Origin: Mobula hypostoma
Taxonomy: Eukaryota
DNA length: 64,000 bases
Reading direction: 5' to 3'
NCBI RefSeq assembly: GCF_963921235.1
Contig: NC_086097.1
Location: forward strand, 239,880,001 to 239,944,000
Shown piece by piece: positions 37,857-51,222 of the stretch. Both the position numbers and the translations under genes were made by a program. The notes under the pieces are model-generated. The model saw nothing but the letters and a program-made list of their open reading frames with translations, ran no database searches and was not told where the DNA came from. Each line of letters starts with the position of its first letter. The stretch's first letter is position 1.

Positions 37857-39690
37857 AACAATGATCTTTCAAGAATCGATAGATTCTGATATTGTACTGG
37901 ATGACTGAAAAATTGCAATTGTTACTCCGCTATTTAAGAAGGGTGGGAGGCAGCAGAAATGAAACTATAGACCTGTTAGCCTGACATCAGCGGTGGGAAT
38001 TTGTTGGAATCGATTGTTAGGGATGAGATTACAGAGTACGTGGAGGCACATGACAAGATAGGCCAAAGCCAGCATGGTTTCCTGAAAGGAAAATCCTGCC
38101 TGACTAACCTACTGCAATTTTTTGAGAAAATTACAAGCAGGGTAGACAAAGAAGATGTGATAGCTGTGGTGTACTTGGATTTTCAGAAGGCCTTTGACAA
38201 GGTGCCACACATGAGTCTCCTTAGTGTACAAGATAATGAGAGGCATTGATTGTGTGGATAGTCAGAGGCTTTTCCCCAGGGCTGAAATGGCTAGCACAAA
38301 AGGGCATAGTTTTAAGGTGCTTGGAAGCAGGTACAGAGGAGATGTCAGGGGTCAGTTTTTTTACGCAGAGAGTGGTGAGTGTGTGGAATGGGCTGCCGGC
38401 AGCAGTGGTGGAGGCGGAAACAATAGGTTCTTTTAAGAGACTCCTGGATGGCTACATGGAGCTTAGAAAAATAGAGGGCTTTGGATAAAGCCAAGGTAGT
38501 TCTAAGGTAGGGACATGTTCGGCACAGCTTTGTGGGCCGAGGGGCCTGTATTGTACTATATGTTTTCTATGTTCTATATCTATAAGCGCCCATGGAATTA
38601 CATGGAAGTTACTAGCATGGGTGGAGCATTGGCTGATCGGCAGAAAACAGAGAGTGGGAATAAAGAGATCTTATTCTGGCCAGCTGCCGGTTACCAGTGG
38701 AGTTCCACAGGGGTCGGTTTTGGGATCGCTGCTTTGTACGATGTATGTCAATGATGTAGACTATGGGATTAATAGATTAATGGATTAAATTTGCCTCTGA
38801 TACAAAGGTAGGTGGAAGAGCAGGTAGTGTTGAGAAAACAGAGAGCCTACAGAGAGACTTAGGTACTTTAAGGGAATGGGCAAAGAAGTGGCAAATGAAA
38901 TACAATGTTGGAAAGCGTATGGTCATACACTTTGGTGGAAGAAATAAACAGGCAGACTATTATTTAGATGGGGAGAGAATTCAAAATACAGAGATGCAAA
39001 GGGACTTCGGAGTCCTTGTGCAAGGTACCCTAAAGGTTAACCTTCAGGTTGAGTTGGTGGTAAAGAGGTGAATGCAATGTTGGCATTCATTTCTAGAGGT
39101 ATAGAATATAAGAACAGGGATGTGATGTTGAGGCTCTATAAGGCACTCATGAGACCACAGTTGGGTATAGTGTGCAGTTTTGGGCTCTTTATTTTAGAAA
39201 GGATATACTAACATTGGAGAGGGTACAGAGAAGACTCACGAGAATGATTCCAAGAATGAGAGGGTTACTGTATGAGGAATGTCTGGCAGCTCTCAGAAGA
39301 ATGAGAGGGGATGTCATGGAAACATTCCGAATGTTAAAAGGCCTGAACAGATTAGATATTGAAAAGTTATTTCCCACGATAGGGGAGTCTAGCTCAAGAG
39401 GGCACAATTTCATGATTGAAGGGCGTCCATTTAGAACAGAGATGTGGAGAAATTATTTTTGTCAGAAGGTGGTAAATCTGTGGAATTTGTTGCCACGAGC
39501 AGCTGTGGAGGCTAAGTCATTGGGTGCATTTAAGGCAGAGATAGATAGGTTCTTGATTAGCCAGGGCATCAAAGGGGAGAAGGCAGGGGAGTGGGGATGA
39601 CTGGAAGAATTGGATCAGGCCATGATTGAATGGGAGAGTGCACCCGATGGGCCAAATGGCCTACTTCTGCTTCTATATCTTATGGTCTCA
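37857..39690 (+). mobile_element. CR1 LINE RT and 3' end (continuation of 24050-25213)
   Basis: QHGFLKGKSCLTNL, YLDFQKAFDKVPH and LERVQRR. Confidence 0.85.
38225..38580 (+). mobile_element. Short CR1 3' fragment nested in CR1
   Basis: YKIMRGID.VD....FP; TTCTATGTTCTAT tail. Confidence 0.75.
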
Positions 39691-39933
39691 TGATTTTGAA
39701 TGATGGAGAAGATTCAGAAGACAGAATGATCTACTTGTAGGAAAGTGTAGGGGGACTGTCAGAGGTAGGCTTTTTTACACAGATTATTGCGTAATGCCCT
39801 GTCAGAGGTGCAGAGTCCAATACATTAGGGATATTTAAGAGACGCTTGGATATGCCCATGGATAGAAGGAGTATGGAGGGCTATGTAGAACAGAAGGATT
39901 AGATTGATTTTAGCGTAGGTTAAAAGGTCAGCA

Positions 39934-40518
39934 TGTCAAGTACCTTGGATCATGGGTAACATCTGATGGCAAATGAGAAACAGACATAAAAGCAAGAATA
40001 GCAATGGCAGGAACAACATTTACAGAAATGAGAAACATCCTAACGAACAAGAAAATAGCAATTGGCATCCGCCTTAGAAATCTCAGCTGCTACATTCTTC
40101 CTGTATTGATGTACGGCTGCGAGTCATGGACCATCACAAATGCAATGGAGAAAAGAATCAATACAGCAGAGATGTGGTTCCTCAGAAAAATGCTATGCAT
40201 ATCATTTACGGACAGGATAACCAACGAAGAAGTTCTACAGAGAACGGAAGCAAAACGTACATTAGTTAAAAAAAATCAGAAAACAGCAATCCAAATTCTT
40301 TGAACAAATCATGCGAAGAGAGACATTAGAACATTTAGTTACAACTGGAAAGCTGGAAGGAAAAAGAAGCAGAGGCAGACAGAGAATGAAAATGACAGAT
40401 GGAATAACATCATGGTTAGAAACAGGGGAGGCAACAACTACAATTCGGAGGGTCAGGGACCGTGATGGATGGAGAGACACGATCGCCCATGCCGAACGGC
40501 AAGGCCCCTGAATGAATG
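39934..40518 (+). mobile_element. 5'-truncated RTE with (TGAA)n tail and 12-bp TSD
   Basis: KYLGS, YGCESWT, EMWFLRKML and GKLEGKRSRGRQR. TSD AAAAGGTCAGCA at 39922-39933 and 40519-40530. Confidence 0.85.
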
Positions 40519-41404
40519 AAAAGGTCAGCACAATACTGTGGGCCAAGGAGCCTGCAGAGCACTCTGTTAGAGTGATTCTTGGGTTTAAGACATATTACTT
40601 AGTAATTGACTTCGGCAATCAATCTTCACATCTGAAAATGGATTGAGGATTTAATTTGAAGTGAAGGTCTGAGCAATGAGCTCCTAAAAGCTTTGGATCT
40701 CACTCCAAACAATACTGATTTAAATTCATTTGAATGTTTGAGATGTGGCTCTCAATCAGGAGGTGTGAAGGTTTCATGTAGTTGCAAAGTTCAATGCAGT
40801 TTCAGTGTCAATACATGGAGTTGTTCTTAGATGTTTGGCACTTAAAATATCGAACCATATTGGGCCAGAAGTCCTTTCCACCGAAAGCATCTCCATATGG
40901 TGCCTGCTGTACCTTGTTTTGTCAATTAAAGAAGCTGCTTGGTATCTACCAGTAATTTTCTCCAGTGATTTCATTTCCGCAACATCACACTGCACTATCC
41001 AACGTCCTACATTGCTTCCTACTTGGCGCGTTTTTATGTTGGTAAGATAGTATCCAGAATCATAAAATACCTAATTAAAATGACAATTATGGAATTAAAA
41101 TGGCTCAGGTTAAGTAAAGCAGAGATGTGAAAAGATGGCTCATAAAGGAAAAAAAAAACTTCACAAACAAATGTGTTGAAATTTAATTGAAAATATAATT
41201 GAGCCAGTGTTCTTTTGATAATTACTGCTTGAGGAATAGCTTTAAGCAGGTGCTAAATAAACACCACAGCCACAGAATATTTCTTGACGCCTTATGTGTT
41301 CCTCTTTCTTTTCATATTGTTCATTATAAACCGACATGGAACAGATTGCTACTCAATAAAAATTCTAGATGCTATAAATGACTGAATTAGTAGTATTTGC
41401 ATAT

Positions 41405-41638
41405 ATGGTCATATGAGCAGCTGGTGCATATCACAAGTCATGCACATTCAACCACTGATACCAGGCACATGATCTCTGAAGGGTATTGATAATGACTGGG
41501 GTCACCCGTCTTGTAAAGACACTGCCCAGAAGAAGGTAATGGCGAGCCACTCCCGTAGAAAAATTTGCCAAGAATAATCATGGTCATGAGACCATGTTTG
41601 CTCACTTCATACAACGCAGCATACAATGATGATAATGA
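41405..41638 (+). mobile_element. SINE with RTE-derived tail (3' part)
   Basis: Reverse-complement homologue of 2845-3035; ends in a TGA-rich tail. Confidence 0.6.
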
Positions 41639-42098
41639 ACCTATGGAATACCTATTCTCCTGCCAACACAACATACAGAGTCACAGAGTATTAGAACGAT
41701 ACAGGCTCTTCGGCCCAGTCAGTCCATGCTGACCACAGTGCCCACCCAACTAGTGCCAATTCCTTGGTGTTTGGCCCAGATCCCTCTTATCCCCATCCCT
41801 TCGTGCACCTAAGTCAAATGCTTCTTAAATGATACTATTTTACCTGCTTTAACTACTGGCAGCTTGTTCCATATACTCAAACTTCAAAGTGTATTTATTA
41901 TTAAATGTATTATCAATATATACATTGTACAACTTTGAGACCCGTCTCCTTACAGGTGCCCACTAAACAAAGAAACCCCAAAATAACCCGTTAAAAAAAG
42001 GACTAGCAAACACCCAAAGCACAGAGAGAGAGCAAAAGCTTGTGCAAGCGATAAGAGTAAGCAAATAGCATTCAGAACTGAAGCTTTGCAAAAGACAT

Positions 42099-42320
42099 TG
42101 TGGTAAACCATATATATGTTGTAACTGGGTTAACTGTCTGGACACGCCCCTCTGCTGACTGCCCCTGTGGCTCCTCCCACAGAATCCTAAATAAAGGTGA
42201 TTTCACCTTGCCCCTCCCCCTCAGTCCAGGGGCAGACACTCAGCATGGAGGTCGTATTGTTGTACAGCCTTTCAGTATTTTACCCAGCCTCAGTATTTTG
42301 GAGTTATTGAAGGTGCTTCA
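42099..42320 (+). mobile_element. Probable solo LTR
   Basis: TG...CA termini; flanks GACAT (42094-42098) and GACAC (42321-42325). Confidence 0.5.
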
Positions 42321-43129
42321 GACACGAAGCCAGGTATCACTGCACCTGGAGCAGGCCACGGCCTCAGTTCATCACAGAGCCATGTAAACGTCGCAAGACC
42401 ACAGACACGAAGCCAGGTATCACTGCACCTGCAGCAGGCCACGGCCTCAATTCATTGCAGACCTGAATAAATGTCGCAGAGCAGCGAGCAGAACCAAGCA
42501 GAGCCGGTCTGTCCCTTGCCTCTGGTCCCAACATGCTGACCTTTTCATTCTTGCCCACTGCTTAAATCATCCAAGTATCGGGTTGCTTCTTGCTCTTGGA
42601 CAAAATCTGGGGCTTGGGCTCCGCCACCATGATTCGGTTCATTCCCAACCATTCCAATTCAGCCTGGCACTTAGACATCAGGATTTTCCTCACTCCCTCC
42701 TCTGGTTCTGGTCACCTAGTCTTGCCTTTGTTATTAATAAAGTGTTATTAATAAGGTTTTTGTAGTAAACAGTCTTGTGAAGATGTCCCTCAGATCCCTT
42801 TAAAACCTTTCACTTCACACTCTAAATCTGTTTCTCTTAGTTTTGAACTCCCCTAAACTTAGAAAAAGACTGATACAATCCACCTTATTTATGCCTCTTA
42901 TAACTTTAAGCTTTCTATAAGATCACCACTCATTCTCCTATATTCCAAGGAATAAAGACCCAGGCTGTCCAACGTTTCCCTAGAACTCAAGCGCACTAGT
43001 TCAGGCAACACCATCATAAATGTTTTCTGGTTTGGAGTTCCTATGTATCTTAGAATGTCTGAAGCAGTCCAAATTCAATTCAAGATAGTGCAGGAACCGT
43101 TGAGTTCCTCCAGCATTTTGTACGACTAT

Positions 43130-45540
43130 GAAAAACAGAAGCAGAATTTGAGTCTGCTCCATCATTTCATCATGGTCGATCCATTTCCCTCTCAAACACA
43201 TTCTCCTGCCTTCTCCCTGTAAACTTTCATGCCCAACTAATCAAGAACCTATCAAACTCTACCTTAAATGCACCGAATGACCTGGCCTTCACAGCCACCT
43301 ATGTCAATAAATTCCGCAGGTTGAAATTCCTTCTCATCTCCATTCCAAACGGACATCTGAGGTTGCGCCATCTGGGTCCTAGACTCCCCACCATAGGAAG
43401 CGTAGTCTCCACATCCAGTCTATCTAGGTCTTTCAGCATTCAATAATATTTAAAGAGAATCCCCCTCTTTCTTCTAAATTCTGGCGAGAAGAAGCCGAGA
43501 GTCATCAATCACTTCTCATACCATAAACCTTTCATTTCTGGAATCATTCTCATGAACTACCTCTAACACCTCTCCAATGTCACCACATCCTCTCTTAAAT
43601 AAGGAGCCCAGGTTACTCACAGACAGTACTCCAAGTAAGGCCTCACCAGTGACTTATAAAACCTCACCATTACATCCTTGCTTTTATATTCTACTCATCT
43701 TGAAGTGAATATTATCGCATTTGCCTTCCTCAACACCGACTCAACCTACAAATTAACTTTTACGAAGTCCTGCACAAGGACTCCCAAGTCCCTTTGCACA
43801 CCAGATGTTTGAAAGTTCTTGCCATTTAGAGAACAGTCTGCGTTTTTATTCCATCGACTGAAGTGCATGACCATACACTTCCCGACACCGTATTCCACCT
43901 GCCACTTCTTTATTCATTCTACTCATCTGTCTAGGTAGTTCTGCAGCCTCCCTGCTTCCTCAACATTATGTGCCCCTCCATCTTTCTTTGTATTGTCTGC
44001 AAACGTGGCCACAAAGCCATCAAGACTGCCATCTAAATCATTGAAATATTGTGGGGAACATTTGGTCCATGATGACAGATGAGAAAAGCTCTTTTATATC
44101 AACTGTCAGTTTTATTGCAACAAGCACAACAACAGACCCAGGACAATAACCTGGGGAGAGAACCCATTCAGTCACATACAGATGGAGGAGATGATCATTA
44201 CACACCCCGGTTACAGTCAGGGTGATACATAAACTCACAAGCAAATAACTGTATAACCCAAGCTAAATGAACTTGAACATCCCACCATAATCCCACGAAG
44301 GCATTTTAAAACAAGTACAATAAACAGCACTGGTTATTAGGAATGTTGGGGTGGGTTGTCAACCATACCCCCACTGCCTCCACAGAACACTACAATATAA
44401 AATAAAATAAAGTGGTCCCAGCATCGAACCCTGAGGAACAGCACTAGTCAACAGCAGTCAATCAGAAAAGGCTCTCTTTATTCCCACTGTTTGCCTCCTA
44501 CAAATCAGCCAATTCTCTATCCATAGTAGAATCATTCCTGTAATACCATGAGCTCTTATCTTGTTAATCAGCCTCATGTGTGTCACCTTGTCAAAACCCC
44601 TCCGAAAATCCAAGTATACAACCACAACACCAGTCGATTCTCCCTTGTCTATCCTGCTTGGTACTTCTTCAAACTATTCCAACAGATTTGTCAGGCAAGA
44701 TGTTCCATTAAGGAAACCATGCTGACCGTGGCTTATTTTATCACGAGCCTCGAAGTACCCTGAGAACTCATCCTTAACAATTGACTCCAACATTTTCCCA
44801 ACCACGGAGATCAGGCTAACTGGCTTATCCTTTCTTAGACCATAAGATATAGGAGCAGAATTAGGCCATTTAACCATTGAGTCTGCTCTGCCATAACTGA
44901 TCCGTTTTCCCACTCAGCCCAAATCTCTTGCCTTCTCCCTGTATTCCTTCATGCCCAGACCAGTCAAGACTTTGTCAACCTCTGCCTTAAGTATATCCAA
45001 TGACTTGGCCTCCATGGCCGCCTGTGGCAACACATTCTGCCTCCCTCCCTTCTTGAAGAGTGGAGTGACAGTTGCAATTTTTCAGTCCTCCAGAAGCATG
45101 CAGGAATATATTGTTTCTCGAAAGATCATTACTAATGCCTGCACAATCTCTACAGCTACCGCTTTCAGAGCCCTGGGGTGCATACTGTCTGGTCCATCTT
45201 ACCTACCTTTAGACCTTTCAATTTCCCAAGATCCTTCTCCCTAATAATAGCAACTGTACTCACTTCTGCCCCTTGATGCTCTTGAACTTCTGGGATACTA
45301 CTAGTGTCTTCCAGAGTGAAGACTGATGCAAAATACTTATTCAGTTTGTCTACCATTTCCTTGTCCCCCAAACTATCTCGTCAACTTCATTTTCCAGTGG
45401 TCCAATATCTGCTCTCACCTTGTGTTTGCTCTTTATATCTGTAAAAAAAAACACTTGGTATCCTCTTTGATATTGTTGGCTAGCTTACCTTCACATTTTA
45501 ACTCTTCCCTCCCCTAATAATTTTTTTAGTTGCCTTGGTT
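43130..45540 (-). mobile_element. Old CR1 LINE with nested insertions
   Basis: PVSLISVVGKMLESI, QHGFL and LNKYFASVFT; homologous to 28780-30700. Confidence 0.8.
44050..44394 (-). mobile_element. Solo LTR with 4-bp TSD
   Basis: TGTGG...CTACA termini. TSD ATAT at 44046-44049 and 44395-44398. AATAAA on the minus strand. It cleanly interrupts CR1. Confidence 0.7.
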
Positions 45541-46283
45541 TTTAAAAGTGTGTGCTGCTCAAGATCTCCAGCATCTGTAGAATCTCTTGTGTTCATTATT
45601 TAGCCTGGTTTTATTTCACAGGATCTGCTTTTCCACACTGTTCTATGAATCCTAGTAGCATTAAACTTTTTACAGGAATTTCATACCATTTGTTGACATG
45701 TATCCAAAATTATTAATGGAGAGTTAATGTGTATCAAATCCAACTGATTGTTATTGGTAGCTATATATTACTGATTGCAATTAACCGATGTACTTCAGTA
45801 TGTTGAAATGTGAAATACATTGCAGATTGTAATTTCTTATTACATTTAGCTGATAATTACTATCAGTATGACTAATTGTTACTTAATTATGACTAATTTA
45901 ATTTTGAGTCTTGTTGTTCATATAGTTTTAACTTCAAACATGTGGGCATACTTCTAAACCATTTTAATTCTTCCAGTTTATAAATTTAGGTAGCTGTTAT
46001 GTTAACATCGACCTCGAACATTTAAAGATCTCTAGAAATATTTTTCACTGTAGTTGCCAATTATAATCCTGAACTGAAAATACAAGGTTCTTTGGTTAAA
46101 TTGTTATCTTTTTTCAGTTTACGTGGAATAATTCTACACAAATATTGCACATTCCAAAGCTGAATTACTATTTCATTTACATGGATGGCCAAATAACTCT
46201 TTTAATATATGATTGTATTAATTTATTCAATGTTCAAATTTCAGATTTCAAAGTAGATTTATTATCATAGTACATATATGTCA

Positions 46284-48352
46284 GTTTTGACCTTCAGTTC
46301 TGCTGCTGGACTGATTCCCATACAGTGGAGTGCAGTCTACCGAAAGCAGAACTTGCCTTTGCTATTCTGCAGTTAACTTCTGTATCAATAGTCACTGCTC
46401 GGGGGAGGGTGCTGCCAAGGTCAGTAAACTGGTCTACTGCCTGTAGTTTCTGTCCCTTTGATTGTGATTTTCGGTTCTGTGTATGGTACATGAGGGGCAG
46501 GCTGGTGCATGACTTCGGTCTTTTTGATGTTGATGGTGAGTCCAAAGTTGTCACAAGCCGTGGAGAATTTGCCCATATTGACTTGCATCTCTGGCTCCGA
46601 GCCAGCATACAGGGTGCAGTCATCAGCAAAGAGGAAGTCTCTCAGAACAGTCTCCTTCACTTTGGTAATAGCTTGAAGTCTCCTCAGGTTGAAGAGCTTC
46701 CCATCCACTCTGTACTTGAGGTTGATTCCAGCATCACTATCCTGGAAGACATCATTCAGCGTGGCAGTAAACATCATGCTGAACAGTGTGGGTGCGAGCA
46801 CACAGCCCTGTTTGACACTATTGGTGACAGGGGATTCTCCGCCGTCCAGCGCTCTGGCCATCATGCCACCATGGAACTGGCGTACCGTCTGAATGAATTT
46901 GGCGGGGCAGCTGAACTTTGACATGATCCTCTACAGGACTTGTCGGCAGACAGTGTCGATGGCTTTCGTGAGGTCAACAAAAATTGTGCAGAGTTCGCGA
47001 TTCTGCTCCTGACACTTCTCCTGAAGTTGGCGTGCGGCAAAAATCATGTCAATAGTCCCACGACCTTTGCGAAAGCCACACTGTGACTCTGGCAGCTGGC
47101 CCAGCTCCAGATGAGTGACCAGACGATTTAGCAGGACTCTTGCAAGGGTTTTTCCTGTGATGGAGAGCAGCGAGATTCCTCAGTGGTTGTCGCATACTTG
47201 TTGATTGCCCTTCCTCTTGTAGATGTGTACGATGGATGCATCTTTAAGTTCCTGAGGAATGGATCCTTGCTTCCAAAAAACCTGGAACAACTCGGTGGGC
47301 TTCTCTAGAAGTACAGGACCACCGGCTTTGTAGATCTCTGCAGGTATGGTGTCTGGCCCTGGGGCTTTGCCACTGGTTAGCTGGCTGACAGCTTCCGTGA
47401 CATCGGCTACTACCGGTGGGTCATCCATGGCGCTGTTGATGTCGACCTGGGGAGTCCTGTCTATCGCCTCATCGTTAATAGATGACGGTCGGTTGAGGAC
47501 GGCTTCAAAGTTTTCAGCCGATCTCTGCAGGATCTGAGCCTTCTCTGTAACGAGAGTTGTATCAACTGTACTCAGGAGGGGGGGAACTGCAGAGAGACTG
47601 AGGTCCGTAGAGAGTGTTGAGGGCTTCATAGAATCGTTTCAAGCGTTTCTGTCAGCGTATCCCTGTATTTCACCTGCCTTGGTGCTCAGCCAAGGCTGAA
47701 GGTCTACAGAGCCGTGGTACTCACTACCCTCCTGTATGCCTGTGAAACGTGGACTGTGTATCGAAGGCATGCAAGACAGCTCAACCATTTCCACATGACT
47801 TGCCTTCGCAGAATATTAGGCATCAGATGGCAAGATAAAGTACCAGACACTGAAGTTCTCTCCAGAGCAAGTCTGCCATCAGTCCACACACTGCTGATGA
47901 GAGCACAGACCCAGTGGGCAGGTCATGCCATCCGCATGCCGGACGAGCGCATACCCAAGCAGCTCCTTCTTGGGGAACTCTCTGCTGGAAGACGCTTGCA
48001 TGGAGGGCAGAAGAAACATTTCAAAGGCACATTAAGGGCCTCCCTGAAGTCATTCGACATTGACACGACCTCTTGGGAAATGCTGGCACCAAACTGCCCT
48101 ACCTGACACGGCCTCATCCACAAGGGCTGTCAAGCTTACGAGGCAAGGCACATTGCTGAATCACAACATAGGGTGAGCTGCACAAGTCCAGAGCCACCAG
48201 CGCAACAACTGCAGTGCCTACACATATCTGCCCAACATGTGCCAGGACATTCTGTGCCCAAATTGGCCTGACCAGTCATCTTCGGACACACCGCATCCAG
48301 TCTCAAAGTGACTAATGGTGTCAAAGTCTTCATCAACGATGATGGACGAACC
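46284..48352 (+). mobile_element. RTE (BovB-like) LINE with inverted 5' segment, 12-bp TSD
   Basis: RT on the minus strand at 46284-47695 (KAPGPD.IP, VKQGCVLAPTLF, FLFADD). C-terminus and 3' end on the plus strand at 47696-48352 (LLYACETWT). TSD ACATATATGTCA at 46272-46283 and 48353-48364. Confidence 0.9.
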
Positions 48353-49815
48353 ACATATATGTCACCATATACTATCCTGGGGTTCATTATCTTACAGACA
48401 TACTCAATAAATGCATAATAAAATAATAACTGTAATAGAGTTAATGAAAGACTGCACCAACTTGGGTTGGGCAAACGACAACAAAGACATAAAAGAAAGA
48501 AATAATAAGAAGAAATAAATAAGTAAAAAATATCAAAAACACGAGATGAAGAGTCTTTGAAAGTGAGTCCATAGGTTGTGGGAACATTTCAATGATGGGG
48601 CAAGTGAAGAGGTGTAAAGTTATTCTCTTTGGTTCAAGACCCTGATGGTTGAGGAAAAATAACTGCTTCTGAACCTAATGGTTGAGGGGTAATAACTGTT
48701 CCTGAACCTGGTGGACTGAGTCCTGAGGCTCCTGAATCCTCTTCGTGATGGCAGCAGTGAGAAGAGAGCATGTCCTGGGTAGTGGGTGTGTCCTTGATGA
48801 TGGACTCTTGCTTTTCGGCAATAACACCTCAAGTCGAAGTGCTCTATTGTGGAGAGGGCTTCGCTCCTGATGGACTGGGCCATATCCATTACTTTTTGTA
48901 GGATTTCCCATTCAAGGGCATTGCTTTTCTCCATATCGGGCTGTGATGCAGCCAGTCATTCTTCCAAAGTTCAAAGTAAAATTTATTATCAGAGTACATG
49001 CTTGTCACCACATACAACACTGAGATTCTTTTTTTCTGTGGGTCTACTTAGCAAATCCATAGAACAGCGTCTGCAAACAGGGTCAATGTACAACAAACTG
49101 TGCAAATGGCAATAAATAATAAGCATGAAATTACAAGATAAAGGGTCCTTAAAGTGAGACCATTGGTTGTGAGAACGCCAGAAACAGAATATGTGTAGTT
49201 ATCCCCTTTTGTTCAAAAGCCTGATGGTTGAGGGGTAGTAGCTGTTCTTAAGGTTGGTGGTGCAAGTCCTGAGGCTCTTGTACTTCTACTTGATGGCAGA
49301 AGCAAGAAAAGAGCATGGCCTGGGTGGTGAGGTCTTTCATCATGGATGCTGTTTTTCGACAGCAATATTTCATATACATGTGCTCAATAGTTAGGAAGTT
49401 TTACCCTTTTTGTACTGGGCCAAATCCATTACCTTTTGTGGGATTTTCCACTCAATGGCATTGGTGTTCCCATACCAGGCTGTAATGCAGCCAGTCAGCA
49501 CACTTTCCTCTAAACACCTATAGAAGTTTGCCAAGGTTTTTGATGACATGTCTAATCTCCGTAGACTCCTGTTGTGCTTTTGTTGCAATTATGTTTATAT
49601 GATGGGTACAGGACAGGTTCTCAGAGATAATGACACCCAGGAATTTAAATTTCCTGAACCTCTCCAGCTCTGATCCTCTGATGAGTACTGACTCATGGAC
49701 TTTGGGTTTCCCTCTCCTGAAGTCTACAATCATATCTATGGAAGTTTTTCAAAACTTTAGATGTCATACTGAATCCTGCATACTCATAAGGAAAGACAAG
49801 TTCTGCCATGCTAAC
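48353..49815 (-). mobile_element. Two Rex1-type 3' fragments
   Basis: Each has the TTCAAAGTAAATTTATTATC-type tail (the first at 46240-46283, before the RTE). HPGHALFSLLPS and FKFLGV motifs. Confidence 0.75.
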
Positions 49816-49822
49816 TTCATAC

Positions 49823-51217
49823 TGTCTGGGCCGGATCGGGGTCCCTTTAAATTTACCTTGCTTATGTTACGATCTGGACTGTTGATTCCCTTTTTCCCTG
49901 TGTCCCTCAACTTTGGTGATTAGAGGCAATTAACGCTAGGCTGAACTTAGTTTATAGTCTCCGGCTTTCAGCCGTTCGGCGCAGGAGCGTCTGCAAAGTC
50001 ATCTAAGGTATGGTGTGCCGGTGTCATCTGGCCGGATCAAGCCTAGTCCCTGCCGAAGCGAGTGCTGGTAATTCGCCTCTCCTCACCAGAGCAACCCTGT
50101 CCAGTTACGTCGCCAAAGTGAGTCTGCAAGGTTTCCTCACCGAGGTGGGTCCGTCAGTTAACCCGCCGGAGGGAATCAAGAACCGCTGTCTACTGTTCCC
50201 GGGCTGAGTCGAGAGCTCGTCACTACCCGGAGGCTCCAAGTCAAGTCCTGGCTCCGGCGGCATTCAAGCACCAAGTCAAGTCCTGGCTCCGGCGGCATTC
50301 TAGCACCAAGTCAAGTCCTGGCTCCGGCGGCATTCTAGCACCAAGTCAAGTCCTGGTCCTGGCAGTATTCAAGCACCATGTCAAGTCCTGGCCCTGGTGG
50401 CTTCCCAGTTCTGAGTCAAGTCCTGGCGCTGGCGGTCTCTGATTCCTGTCCTACCCCCTTGTCTGAATCCATTCTCTGCCCCTCTCGCCTCTAGCCCTCA
50501 TCTGCAGCCTCCGCCTGCACTTCGGTCTAGTTCTATCGCCGGAGCTAGATAGGTATTGTCTAGTGTTCATTCATGTTGGTCTGGTCTTGTTTTGTCGTGT
50601 CCTCGCCTCCATGGGGTAAGTCAGGCCGTCTTGCCGTTGCCCCGCGGGGGGTTCATGTCTTGTCCTCGCCTCTGTGGGGTAGGTCAGGCTGTCTTGCCAT
50701 TGCCCCACGGAGGGTCATGTCTTGTCCTCGCCACTGTGGGGTAGGTCAGGCCGTCTCGCCATTGCCCCACGGAGGGTCATGAGTCCCGGCCCTATGTCCT
50801 GTACCCAAGGAGGGGTCCCGACTCTGTGTATGTGTCCATGGTTCCATGTACCTGCTCCCCGAGACCGAGGCTCTGTGTTCCCATGTTCCACCTCTCCCTA
50901 GCCCATGTCATGTCCTTGCCTGGTTCTGGGGTCTGAGCCTGAGGCAAGACCCAGGTACTGGGTCCTTGCCCAGTCTCTGGCTCGGAGTCCATACCCTAGC
51001 CTCTTCATGTCTCCTCTAGTTCTGGGAGCCAATTCCGAGTCCAAGCCCAGACCCTTGGTCCCAGCCTAGTCGTAGTCCTGAGTCCTTATCCTGTTCGCTA
51101 TTTCCTGCTCCTGCCTTGCTTTCCTGGTATCGAACAATAAACTAAATCTAAGTGACCTCACAAGATGTGTCTTGCATTTGGGTCCACCCTTGCTCCCAAA
51201 ACCCCGCCATTGTGACA
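49823..51217 (+). mobile_element. Long solo LTR (~1.4 kb) with internal minisatellites, 5-bp TSD
   Basis: TGTC...GACA termini. TSD CATAC at 49818-49822 and 51218-51222. AATAAA at about 51136. Confidence 0.8.
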
Positions 51218-51222
51218 CATAC

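Noticed and set aside
50236..50781. Regularly spaced ~37-bp and ~57-bp repeats resembling a CRISPR array
   Set aside because: Units are head-to-tail without unique spacers, lie inside a TSD-flanked LTR, and there are no cas genes; the context is eukaryotic.
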